From the NCBI RefSeq assembly GCF_009914755.1, contig NC_060934.1: a DNA stretch of 64,000 nucleotides; one strand, written 5' to 3'. Below, in pieces: positions 14,601 through 28,874 of this stretch; within the stretch, counting starts at the first letter, position 1, and each line of letters opens with the position of its first letter. The stretch is from the human T2T-CHM13v2.0 reference genome, Homo sapiens. Made by a program: the position numbers and the translations under genes. The notes beneath the pieces were generated by a model. The model was not told the origin of the DNA and ran no database searches. It worked only from the letters and a program-made list of their open reading frames with translations.

Positions 14601-17600
14601 CTTGGCTTTTTTTTTATCATTATTATAGATGTACATGTATGATTTGTGGCCATGAGCTGCAGCTTGGCATTACATAGAATTGAGGGCAAAATAAAAATAT
14701 TCATCCTCTGGCGATCTTCATTTAACTAAGTTTTACTTATTAAAAAATTATCAACTACAATCTCAAAAATAGGTTCCCTTACATTTTAGTCTGGCTGATA
14801 AAAGAGTAAAATTTTAAAAAGGGTCTTTATTTGTTGTCTTTACCTCCTACACCTCTATTCAGCTTTGAGAGATAGAGATGTAATGTACATGATATTGGAG
14901 ACATGGACACTGGTTTATTGGAGGAACTCTGCAGTTCACGGAATTCTTGCATATGTTATAGATCAGGAATATGTTAATTTGTCCCTGAAATTACTCTAAC
15001 ACCAATGGCAATTCTCATCCCCACTCACCCTTAGAAATCGTTAAGACTAAGCCAGATGGGGCTAATGAACACTAGTTTCCATTGCCAAGAATTAGATTAA
15101 CTTAAAAGAAGAGAAAAAAACTTAAAAAAATAAGATCTATCTGAAAAAGTCACTATGATATTAAAGACTACTCTAATTTCCTCGTCATACTGTACTACAA
15201 TACTTTTTCCCCACTTTAGTTTATTAAATGATGAAAAAGGTAAAAAATGAGAACTACCTCTCCAAGGAAGTAATATTACTCTATTTTCCTTGTGGTTGCT
15301 ATAAGTATATTAGCACCCTTGGAGACCAAGTTAAGCAAAATAAAATAAACAAATAAACAAAAACCATGTTGCTAATGCAACCAAAGCTCCTGGAACTTAT
15401 AAAAGAATCTGTGTCCAAAATTTTGTGTTCTTATACTTGGAAAGGAAAAGCATGAAGTATCATTTTAAAATATTTCAGTTTATTTTTCTTCTTCAAGAAG
15501 CAAACTACACTGCTAGACATTTTTTTTCAAAATGTTCAAACAATTAAAACTGTTCCAAATTTTCTTTGAGGAAGTAATTTCAGTTTAAAGTTTTAAAAAT
15601 AGCCAAAGAGGATAAGTGAATGCATTGGTTTACAAAATTTCATTTTTTATTTTATATATTTGAAACTTGTATATTTTAGGATATAAAAAAGAGAAAAAGA
15701 GAAAGAATAAAGGAGTGTCTGAAAACATGCATGGACATAGTGTAGTCCCTTCTGAGAAGCAATATGATAATGTGAAAAGTATAAAACAGAGAAAGATATG
15801 CAATCAGAAAACATGGGATTGGTTCAAGAATAACCCTTACTGGGAATCAGAAAAACTATATAAATAAAACCTGAGTGATAGTGACTACAACATGATGAAC
15901 TGCAACTCCTTTAAATCAGTAACCGAAAACCTCCCAAAAAAGAAAAGCTAAGGACCAAACTCGTTTTACAAGGCTAGCATTACCCACATAACAAAGTCAG
16001 AAAAGGGCACTGCAAGAAAAAAACATATATAGGCCAATATTCCTGATAAATATACATATAAAAATCCTCAACAAAATACTAGTAAACTGATTTCAAAAGC
16101 TAATTGAAGGGATCATGTGCTATGATAAAGTGGGGTTTATCCCTGGGATGCAGATGCAAGGATGATTCAACCTATGTCAATGAATGAATGTGCTACACCA
16201 CATTAACAGAATGGAAAACAAAAACTATATGGTTATATCAATAAATACAGAAAATCATTGACAAAATTCAACATCTTTTCATGATAAAAATACTCAGCAA
16301 ATTATGTATAGGAGGAATGTACCACAACATAATATAGGCCATATAAAAGAAGCCCACAAACCCCATAATCAATGAGGACAAGCTGAAAGCTTCTCTTCTA
16401 TGATCAGGAATAAGAAAAGTGTGCATACTTTTGCCAATTCTATTAAACATAGTACTGGAAGTTGTATTTAAGGCAATCAGGCAAGAAATTGTTTTTAAAC
16501 AAAAGGTATCCAATTTATAAAGGAAGAAGTTAAAATATCACTGTTTATAGATAACACGATTTTATATATGGTAAGACCTAAATTTTTCACACTTGAAAAC
16601 AACCTGTTAGAAATAAAAAACAAATTCAGTAAAGTTACAGGATACAAAATCAATATACAAAAATTAGTTGTGTTTCTCTACGCTAACAGGGAACTATCCA
16701 AAAGATAAATTAAGAAAACAATGTCATTTCAACAGCATCCTAAAGAGGAACATACTTAGAAATATATTTAACCAGGAAGGTGAAAGATCTGTTTACTAAA
16801 AATTATAAAACATTGATGAAATAAATTGAAAAAGACACAAATAAATGGAAATATGTACCATGTACATGAATTGGAAGAATTAATATTATTAAAATATCCA
16901 TACTACTCAAAATAATCTATAGATTCCATGCAATTTCTATACAAATTCCAATGGTATTTTTCACAGAAATAGAAAAAGCAATCCTAAAATTGACACGGAT
17001 CCACAAAAGACCATGAATAGCCAAAGGAATCCTGAGTAAAATAACAAACCTAGAGGCATCACACTATCTGACTTCAAGATATACTACAAAGCCATAGTAA
17101 CCAAAACAGCATGGTTGGCATAAAAACACATGGAACAGAAGAGACAGCCCAGGAATAAACCCATGCATTTACAGTCAATTGACTTTCAACAAAGGTGTCA
17201 AGAACACACAATGGGGAAAGAACAGTCTCTCTAACAAATGGCACTGATAAAACTGCAGAAGAATACAATTAGGCCCTTCTCTCACACCATATACAAAAAT
17301 CAACTTTGAATGGATTAAAGACTTAAAGTTAGGATCTGAAACTTTAAAACTAACACAGGAGAAAGCTCTATGGTGTTAGCTTAGGCAGTAATTTTTCAGA
17401 TATAACCCCAAAAGTATAGGCAGCAAAAGCGAAAATATAAAAATGGGATTACATCAAACTGAAAATCATTTGTACAGCAAGGAAACAACAGAGTGAAGAG
17501 ACAACTGTGGAATGAAAGAAAATATTTTCATATCATACATCTGTTAAGGAGCAGATATCCAAATTACATAATGAACTCACTGAACTCAATAGCAAAATAC

Positions 17601-18056
17601 AAATAAGACAATTTTTAAAATGTACAAAAAAATGAATGGGCATTTCTCAAAAGAAGACAAATGGCTAACAGATATATGACAGAATGCTCAACATCACTAA
17701 TTAAGGAAAGGCAGATCAAAGCCACGATAAGATATTACCTTACACCTATTAGGATGGCTGTTACCAAAAAGACAAGAGATAAGAAGTATGGGCAAGGCCA
17801 TGGAAAAACGGGAAGCTTTGTACACTGTTCGTGGGAACGTAAAGTGCTACAGCCATTATGGAAAACAGTATAGAAGTCAAAAAAACTAAAAATAGAACTA
17901 ATATATGATCCCACAATCCCACTTCTGGGTATATAGCCAAAGGAATTAAAATCAGTATTTTAAAGAGAAATCTGAACTCCCATGCTCATTGCAGTGTTAC
18001 TCGCAGAAGCCAAGATATGGATACAACCACTCATCAACAGACGCATGGATGAACAA

Positions 18057-18057
<1 letters not shown>

Positions 18058-18087
<30 letters not shown>
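18058..18087 (+). repeat. (CA)n microsatellite within L1
   Basis: About 14 CA units. Confidence 0.9.
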
Positions 18088-18094
<7 letters not shown>

Positions 18095-18402
18095 ATATCA
18101 GTCAGTCTTAAAAAAAGAAAATCCTGCCATATATGACAACATACACGGACCCGAAATACATTATGCTAAGTGACATAAGCTAGGCACAGAAGGGCAAATC
18201 TTGTATGATCTCACTTATACATGGAATCTAAAAAAGTCTAATTCATAGAAGCAGAGAGTAGAACAGCGATTGCCATGGGATGGGATAAAGGAAATGAGGT
18301 GTTGCCCAAAGGGCATAAACTTTCTGTTATAAGACGAATAAGTTCAGGGAATCTAATGTACAGCATGGTGACGATAGTAATAATACTCTGTTGTTTACTT
18401 GA

Positions 18403-18765
<363 letters not shown>

Positions 18766-20785
18766 TAAAAGGGCAGATTTTAAGTGTCCCCACTCCCCAG
18801 CCGCCTGGCCCAAATGCTAATTACAGGTGGTAATGAATGTATTAATTAATTTGATTGTGGTAATCAGTTCACATCTACATGTTATCAAATCATCATGCTT
18901 TAAATCCTGAATATATACAATTTATTATTTGTCAATTAAATATTTAAAAACAAAACAAAACAAAAAACCTTGCAATCTCCTGCCAACAGTTAAACAACAC
19001 AAACTATTCTTCACCAGTGTGTTCAAATTTATTTTGATAACAAGAGACTAAAGTAAACGTTAAATTTACTTAAGAAATACCTGAAAAGAGATTTTGGTAA
19101 ATACTCTTTAAAAAGCTTGGTGGCTGTCTCAAAATCCATCTGGAAAATCTTCAGAAACATTTTACCAGGAATTAGCAAGGTAAGTGCCGTAAACCAACCT
19201 CATCCAACAGAAGTATTTGTGTATATGGGTAGAAAATCACTGCCATCAGCAGTCAGTCTGTGCTCATCCTCCCATAGCTCTGACACAAAATTATACTTTA
19301 AAAAGTTTCCCTTCGAATTCTGCCACCCCTCCACATACTTATTAATATTTATTAGCAAGCAAGCAAAAGTCACTTATACAATCTTTCTATAAATTGACAA
19401 ATTCACAGATCTCTGTCTTTTGATGCAATTAGACCATACCTTGTATGATAAATCACTTGAAATAACTATAGCAATATTCCAAATAAATGATTTCATTACC
19501 TTTATAGTTAGCGATAAGAACCTAGAAATCTCCCTCATGCATGGACATAGATGAGTTAGAGATAAAGCCTAGGCAAGGCTATCTTTGCGATAGTCTAACT
19601 AATCTATATACCTTGAATTCCACTTATTTTACCAGTGAGAGCCCACTTCTAAAATCCATTATACTAATTAACAGGCCACTAATTTCACCAATGAAAACCC
19701 ACTTCTTTCATTTTGCTAATTGTAAATGCCTTTGGTGTTGATCAAAGATAATGATAATGGAATGGCTATTAGTAGTTCCTATGGAGTGAGCATTTCCTGA
19801 TTAGAATGCCAGTGTGAATTCCTGATTAACCAAATGATTGTCCCTACAGTGCAGCATAAACCATTTATACTTAAATATCACTGTCTTTAAGTTGAAGTTT
19901 TTCAAATTAAGTTATAGGCATCATAATAATAAAAATATTTTAAACAGCTGTCTAATAGATTATATATGAGTAACTGGCACATGGGAAGAGGTCATATGAA
20001 ACATCATAGGAGCTAGAGATTTTTTTTTAATTGATCATGCCTCTCCAAAAAAGCCTAGAGCAAGGTAGGGGAAAGATAAAATTAAGAAGACCTAAAAAAC
20101 ATTTTAAGAACTTTACATGCAAGGACATATGATCTATAAAAGTAGACTTTTTTTTTTGGTGTGTCAAAGATAAAAGGGTAGATAGGGAATAATGGATTAT
20201 AAATCATTGAGAAGTAAGTGAAGTTCCTATTGAAAGTTGAAGAGGAGAGGGATTTCAGTCATTGTGGTTTATCCAGGAAAAATTAATTTGATCTTTGGAG
20301 CCGAGAAGACAGACGTAGTGAATCAAAGACTACTACATACACAGGGTGCATTGACGAACCAAGGTTAGATCACTCATCAGAACTGACTGATATCTACTCG
20401 AGAGTTTGAAAAAATCCAGAGGTCAGATTATCAAAATTTTACTCAGAAGCTATTAACCTAGCTTTATAAACAATCAATGGGACAGAGTAAAAGCAGCTGT
20501 CAATTCATCTCTTGTCCATAAACAGTTCATGAGAGAGTTTCAGTTACATTTCTAAATATTCCTTGGATAAAAGGACGTTAGGAATTGATTGAAGGACAGC
20601 TAAATAGCTCAAGTATTCTGTGTGTTTTTGGGTTGTAACTCATGAAAATAGATATCATGGAAGAAGAAAAAATAAAGGAATGGCCAACTGGAAGAATTAC
20701 AGAAATTATAAAGGGGAGGAAATTTAACGCTTAAAGAATAAAAACTAGTCACTATTTCTTCCTCTTGATACTCCCCAACGTTATG

Positions 20786-20862
20786 TACACACACACACTT
20801 GCGCATGCACACACACACTTGTGCATGCACACACACACGTGCACACACACACAAACACACAC
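20786..20862 (+). repeat. Compound (CA)n / alternating purine-pyrimidine tract
   Basis: CA runs with a 20-bp unit cacacacacacttg(c/t)gcatg present twice. Confidence 0.9.
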
Positions 20863-21899
20863 AGAGCTAAAGAAGCTTCCTAAATGAAGCCTTCCCTCTC
20901 CTTTACTCTTTCATGAGGCTTTAGGTATACTTATCTCATGCAAGTTATGAAGAACTTTGCTGTGCTGAGATTCAACTAGATACTTCAGGAAGGAGCCAGA
21001 GTCTCCAAACCCACTGGATTCTTTGTTAATGACTGGCAATTACAGGATGCTGGGGCAAGGGATTATGAAAGTCAGACGTAGACTACCATCACCTACTGGT
21101 CCAACTTGTCCCAAAAACTTGGAAAACTTGGCCAAAAGGCCTTCTATTTATTGAAAAATGCCTGCAACACTCTGGGCATAGGGAATGCTGGTTTCCATTT
21201 TTTGAGTAAACAATGTTGGCGAAGGCATATTATTGTCAGCATAGAGTAAAGCCAATTTATTTCGATAGTTTCTATCGAGTGGGAATTAGAAAAACGGATG
21301 ACCCCTTTGTTTAACACATTTATATGGATAAACATATCTATTCAAATTCTAGACTAACTTTGGTGCCTCATTTTGTGGGGTCTCTTTTCTGACTTTGGAC
21401 ACAGCCATAACCTCTGAAGCCTTTACCATTTAACTTCTTAATTTTATATTTTCTGAATTTTAGCTATTTACCCTACTAGAATGAATTATATAATATTTTT
21501 TCATAATATTTTTCACATAGCAAGTATGTCACATTTGTTTAATACACATCATTTCAAGTTTGTAAGACAAAAGTTGAGGAGCAATATGACATCAATCTTT
21601 AAAAATAAATATGATGAAGAAGAGACAAGAACTTGTTCTCTCAATTTGTAATGCTTGAAGCCTTTTAACCTGAAACAGATCATCTTCCAACATATAAAAA
21701 GAAGACTATTTAAAGATAGTGTAAGCAATGCATGAGCTTATTTTTCTATGATCTTATACAGGTTAAATCTGTAACCCTATTATCAGAGAATTTATATAAG
21801 TTCATGAACCAGAGATAATTTATTAGTGAGGCAACAGGAGATTTGGGGAACATTTCTACAGTATCATTAGGGCAGTTCTCAAATGTGTCAGTTCTCTCA

Positions 21900-22231
21900 G
21901 ATGACATTTCTCTGCCCACTTGAACTCATGTGGTAGCAGGGCCATGGGAAATTAAATGCAGCCAAAATAGCAATTCCTAGCAGAAGCATGTGTGTAGTTC
22001 GCATCTTCTCTTTACCTGGCCTCTATGCATGAGGAAGCAAGTTTCAAGATATAGTCTTCATCAGTATGGGTCTCTGCGTGACTAATACATGCTGACACCC
22101 CTTGCTGACCTCCAATGAACAACGAATATATGATGTAGTGAGAAATAAACCTTTTCACTTTTCATTTTAAGCTGCTGACATGTTTCATTATTTGCTACCA
22201 ATCCTTTAATCCAGCTTGTCCCACATGATAC
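21900..22231 (+). mobile_element. Old MLT1 (J/I-like) MaLR LTR
   Basis: gtgagaaataaacctttt...tttaagctgctga...tgataca 3' signature. Confidence 0.6.
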
Positions 22232-23524
22232 AATTCTCCAAATCTTATGTTACTGATATCTTGAAATTCCTCAAAGCCCTTTAGGCCCTCAAGTAAATGG
22301 CTGAGGGTAACAGAGAAGAAATGCAATTGAAGAGCTGTTCCAGGACCTTAGACATCTAGAAACTCAACCATAGCCGCTGCACTTTAATCTATTTTATATA
22401 GATATTTATGTTGCTCTCAATCCATCTCCTCCATAAAAAATTGTACACCACTATTGCTAGGGATAGATCTTTTAGTCTCGGCCTATAATAGCATATCATG
22501 TTTTATTCATTCTACACATATTTGATAAGGCCTATTGCAAACAAAGATAGGTTATAAGGTACTGTAGAAAATACAAGAAGAAAAAGGTAACATTTCTTGT
22601 TCTCCAGAACCATATAATCCAGCTGAAACAGTTTACAAAATTTCTTTCAAAATTTCTCCAGATGGAGTGGAAGAAGCCTATGAACTTTTAACATATTTAT
22701 TTATTCCCAAAGAAATGCACAGAATTAAATGTAATGACCATTTTATTTTTAAAATTAATATTCTCTGAAAAAACCCTACATATTTGCCCATGAGAAATTA
22801 GTACTAATTTCAGATCTCCTATATGAAGTCCTTTTTATTTCAGAATCCTTTTGCCTGCTCTTTTGGTAAATAGACATCCTTAAATGGATTAGGGAAAAAT
22901 TTGTCTTTTTGTATCTGAAGGAGGCAAAAGGAATTAAAATAGGATTTCAAAAGGTAGCCAATTTCAAAATCAGGCAGGCTAATTTTGTTATAAATAGAGT
23001 AATTAAAAGGATTAGAAAAAGTGCTTCCCTTTGTTAGACTGACACTCTTACAATAAGATGTGAACACACATAAGGGCAAGGAAGTGTGTCATAAGTACCA
23101 TTAGTGGCCATGATATCAGTCTCTTTGTTTTGGATATCCTTTTTCTTCATCCCCATTTTAGTCTTCTGAGTAGAATCTATCCATCATTTCAAATTCTCTC
23201 TTTTTTTAATGTTTCCTAATCAATCCACCAGGGATTGTTCTTATTGTCCCTCTGTACATATGAACACTTCAGTGGTTCCCTAGTTGTTTCATGTGTTTTA
23301 GCCTCCTTTCCTCAAACAGAAATTGATTTGTTACAAACTCCCATTTCCTACTTTTCTCAATGTTTCCCACAAGAAAATCTTGACTATACCTAACACATTG
23401 TAATCCTCTACACACCATCCTTTTTTGCATAATTCCCTTCATCTCTTAATCTAGAAACCCAGAGAAGAAAATACACTTATTATAGGAGGCCCAATTTCTA
23501 GTGAATTCATCATCTTCTTTATGC

Positions 23525-23739
23525 TTTTTGTTTTTGTTTTGAGACAATGTCTCACTCTGTCACCCAGGCTACAGTGCAGTGGTGCAATCATAGCTCACTG
23601 TAATCTTCAACTCCTGGGCTCAAGCAATTCTCCCACCTCAGCCTCCTGAGTAGCTGGGACTACAGGCGCACGCCACAAGGCCCAGCTAATTTTTTTTTTT
23701 TTTTTTGGTAGAGACAGGGTCTTGCTATGTTGCCCAGGT
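23525..23739 (-). mobile_element. AluJ, 5'-truncated
   Basis: atcatagctcactg and ctcctgggctcaagc diagnostics; TSD tca(t/c)catcttcttt. Confidence 0.9.
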
Positions 23740-23779
23740 CACCATCTTCTTTGCTGTTCATGCTCATAAATGATTTAAA

Positions 23780-24210
23780 CTTCTATTGTGGAAGTCTGTT
23801 GAAGTTCAACAATGATAGCAATCACTTATATTTTCCCCATTTTTTTGACAACAGGAAGTGGATTTTCCTTTCATTTCTCCAGCACCATTGTTATTCCCTG
23901 TGGTTCTGCAAAAATAACTGAAAATAGTTCTACATCAACATCTTCCAGTTCTCTCAGAATTCTGGAATGTGATTTGTCTAGCCTAGAGGCTTGAAGTCAT
24001 TTAAAGCAGCAGGTAATTTTACTATACCACCAATTGGGCTTTGATTCCCTTAAGCATAGTTATTATACTCCATCTAGTTTAAAGATCATTCTCCTTGATA
24101 GAGAAGGAAGAAACAAAATAGGAGTTGAATGGTTCTGCATTTTTTTCCTGTCATCTGATTTCTCACCATCTGGCCTAAACAGTTGGGTTTATCCCTTCCT
24201 TGTTCTTCTT
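23780..24210 (-). mobile_element. L3/CR1 LINE ORF2 fossil
   Basis: Minus translation, allowing a frameshift, gives LNDFKPLG.DKSHSRILRELEDVDVELFSVIFAE, resembling CR1 'KSPGPD.lHPRVLKELADVIAEPLSVIFE'. Confidence 0.75.
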
Positions 24211-24823
24211 TGACATGAAAGGGGACTTTCATGAATTGTGTTGAAAAAAGAATTGAAAACTACTGTGAACATACCAAATTGAATTGAAAAGCACAGATCA
24301 TATCTAGGGAAATGTAGTGAGAATATTACTAATTGCTAGATCAAATTTACAAGGAATAAGGAGACAGGAATGAGACAAGGAGATGAAATATTCATCTGGA
24401 ACAATTAAAAGATCAATGGTGATACAATTACAAAACAGGAAACTAATGTTCTAACCAAAGCATGTTTTCTTCTTCAATTAATAATAATACAGTGTGCTGC
24501 ACTATATAAAACAGCTTTATAATGTCAGTTGCATTTCTTTTGCAAAACCACAATGCAGGACAGACCAAAGAGATGGATGATTTGCAACAAAGGCAATGCA
24601 CTGAAAACAGGAGCTTTTAATAGCTTTCTAAACTCATAAGAGCTGTAAAAATCCTCTTGAACCTACATCCATCTACTCTCCCAAAGAATATGCTAAAAAG
24701 GTTAAGAAAGCGGTAATTTAAGTCTCCCTTGTCATTTAATTCTTTGGGAGTCTGTTTGTGAACTTTCAAATCTACCTGGCACTTTTAATTTTTTTGTTGT
24801 TGTTGGGGAGAAGGGTTGGCTAA

Positions 24824-25489
<666 letters not shown>

Positions 25490-26019
25490 TGAAGACATAA
25501 TTTGTTGCTCAATAGAAATCCAGCATTTTAAAAATCCAGAAAAGAAAACTTGGTCCGATTAATCAGTTGAAGATTAAAGTAATGTGTAGCAGATACTGCC
25601 AGGTGGTATTCCAGGGTATTAGACCCTGTTCATTCCATACTTTCACAGAGACAGTAGAAAACATAGTAAAATTTCCAATATCATAAATTTCCCTTGTAGA
25701 AGCTATGGCTTATCATTCTTTTATTTCTACTAAAAATATTCACAAGATTGTGTCTAAGTTTTGTGCTTGCATTAGCAAAGAAGTATGACATTGGGTAATA
25801 GGCCACCCACAGTAATATCTTCCAAACTCTTAAGACTGGTAGCAGCAAAGGAGTAGAAGATAGAAGAGAAATTGTCTCACCTGACACAGAAATTGTTGAG
25901 AGTTTGGAAGTTTAGGACATAGGAAATGTAATGACTCTACAGAATGGAAAAGGGATCAAGCCATTTATTTTTAAATAATTTTGATTTAGAGTCAACCAAT
26001 ACCGTTGGGAGGATTCTAT

Positions 26020-26170
26020 GCCACAGTCACTCTGTTATGCACTTTCACAACCACTGTCTATTACATTTCAAAAATTATCCTGTCACTTAGGAATTATCAC
26101 TCCCATTTTACAGAAGAAGGAATCAAGGGATGTTAAGCAATTTTCCCAAGGCCAAATAGTTGGTGAGAGA
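26020..26170 (-). mobile_element. MIR
   Basis: cccattttacagaagaaggaatc...gttaagcaattttcccaaggcc. Confidence 0.65.
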
Positions 26171-26878
26171 GCACACACGATAGAATGTGATTTCCCTTGC
26201 CAGTTGAGGGACTACAGCTCCCCCTCATTGCGTATTGAACGCAGAAAATGCAGAGGGGAATGGGTGAATGGTACCCACATTTCATGTTGTATCGCCAACC
26301 CACCAATCAGTGCCAAATATTTGCCATTGCACACCCCATCAGCCTCTAGTTAAATGTATCTATTTATCAGTATATTAACATATTCACCACAGTAGCATGG
26401 CATATGCATAAACCACTATGACTTAGAAGAATAAAATTATTCTTTGGCTAGCCCATAAACTCTCAGAGTTCTTTATACATCCCACCGCCTTAGCAGCCAA
26501 ACTCCGGGATTATTTTATAAGAGGAGAGAAAAGAAACCAAATTTTATCTGAAAAAAATCAGATTAATAAATGTAAAGGAAGCTGATATTAAACTTTATTT
26601 TAAAGATCACATATAGCCATAACGAGATATAGGCTTGAACTTGGTGTAATCAAAGAGGCATTAATTTAAAGGAACTATGGCTAAGGGAAAAAAAAATTCT
26701 ATTGTTTATATATTTTGTTAGTATCTGGAGATACAAAGATCAATGTAGTAATCAATGACATAGCTGTGATTCCTTACAGCTCACTTATCAATATCATAAC
26801 ACAAAAGTATCTACGTAATTGGGAAGTTTAGCTAAGCTTTATTGTAGAAAAAGGAAATACATACTGGAAGTCATTTTG

Positions 26879-27196
<318 letters not shown>

Positions 27197-28035
27197 TGGA
27201 AGTCATTTTGTTTAGCTTATTTATAGAAACTATTTCCACCATGCAGTAATGACAACAATCTAAGGAAATGTCCTAACAACCATATTAGCATAGAGTGATA
27301 GATAAAAAGATATTATTTTTATTTTCTATATCATTTTCACATTCTCCTTCAGTTAACTGAACATTTAGCTGAGCAATATATGTCATGTGTCATATATTGC
27401 ATGATTAAAACCTTTTACTCTAAGGAAACAGGTTTTAGTATCACCATATCGAACATGAAAATCATTCTAATACCAAAATGTCAACCTTGATTTTTTAAAA
27501 TTCCGTAGTATAATCTGATTAATAGGTGTCATAAGGAAATGACTGAACTATTGGGTACACAAAATAATGTTCTAAAAGTTGTATTTTAAAACGATATATC
27601 TACATAAAGTGTGACAATATAATTATTTCCAGTTTGATTAAATGCTATAATCACTATCTCATTACTAGAATAATGAAGAAAAAATATAGAAATATTATCA
27701 CATGATCCATACGAGAATTAAATTAAGTAGACATTACATAAACCAGAAGATTCTTACGCAATTTCAAAGTTGTCACAAATAAATTCAGGTTTGAAGGACA
27801 ATAAAGAAGTAATGATGGGAAGGAAAGCTTGATAATTATAGCATGGTTGCTATTTATTTATTCAGTGTAAAGGATCAAAGAAGGAATTGTCTTAGTATTC
27901 TCCTACTTCACTGAAACAAAACTTTTAGTTGACAGTGAACACACGACAAAGGAAATCAATTTAACGACCTTTATTGAAGCAGTACTGGATACAAGGTATT
28001 GTGCTAGGTCGTTCAGAACAACGGTGAATAATAGC

Positions 28036-28426
28036 TATACTAGTTTGTCAGTGCATTCATAACACAGTATCACTGATTGATGTGGCTTAAACAACAAAAA
28101 TTCATTTTCTCACATTTCTGGAGGCTAGAAGTCTGAGATTAAGGTGTTGAAAGGGTTTGTTTTCTCTGAGGTCTCTCTCCTTGACTGACAGATGGCTATC
28201 TTCTCCCTGTGTCTTCACAGGGTTTCCCTCAATACATGTCTGTATCCTAATTCCCTCTTCTTGCAAGGACATCAGTTATATTGGATTGAGGCTCATCCTA
28301 ATGACCTCATTTTAACTTAATTACCTCTTTAAAGACCCTATTTACAAATACAGTCACATTCTGAGTTACAGGGGGTTACGATGTCAATATATAAATTTGG
28401 GTGGAGACATAATTCAGCACATAATA
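28036..28426 (-). mobile_element. MLT1A0-like MaLR LTR
   Basis: ggcttaaacaaca...tctggaggctagaagtctgagattaagg...gacctcattttaacttaattacctctttaaagaccct. Confidence 0.88.
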
Positions 28427-28535
28427 AAGCGTTCTTGCCCTCCAAGACTTTCAACATAATAGAGAAGAAAATATATAAAAATAACTATCATAGAAGGCAG
28501 AAAGTGATAAAAGTTATAGTGCACAGTCAAAATTA

Positions 28536-28613
28536 TTAGGATGGTGCAAAAGTAGTTGCAGTTTTTGTCATCACTTTGATGACAAAAACTGCAATTAAAT
28601 TTGCATCAACCTA
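28536..28613. mobile_element. MADE1 (Hsmar1-derived MITE), palindromic
   Basis: ttaggatggtgcaaaagt...ttgcatcaaccta, about 80 bp, TA flanks. Confidence 0.92.
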
Positions 28614-28688
28614 TATAAAACATAGAAAATGACTGGATAATTAAGAAAGGTTTAATGGAGAAAGTAGTTTTCTAGGATGAGATTTCAG

Positions 28689-28874
28689 CATATTGAGATA
28701 AATATAATGAAAAAGATAGGAAACAACAAATTAAAAGAAAACACTGTATAGGGCTAATTTTTCATTTAATTATAATTCATTTCACCATATTGAGATAACT
28801 GTAGTGGAAAGGATAGGAACAAACATGATTAGAAAAGAGCACTGTATAGGGCTAATGTTTCATTTAATTATAAT
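28689..28874 (+). repeat. Local tandem duplication, period about 97-98 bp
   Basis: catattgagataa...cactgtatagggctaat(t/g)tttcatttaattataat occurs twice. Confidence 0.9.
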
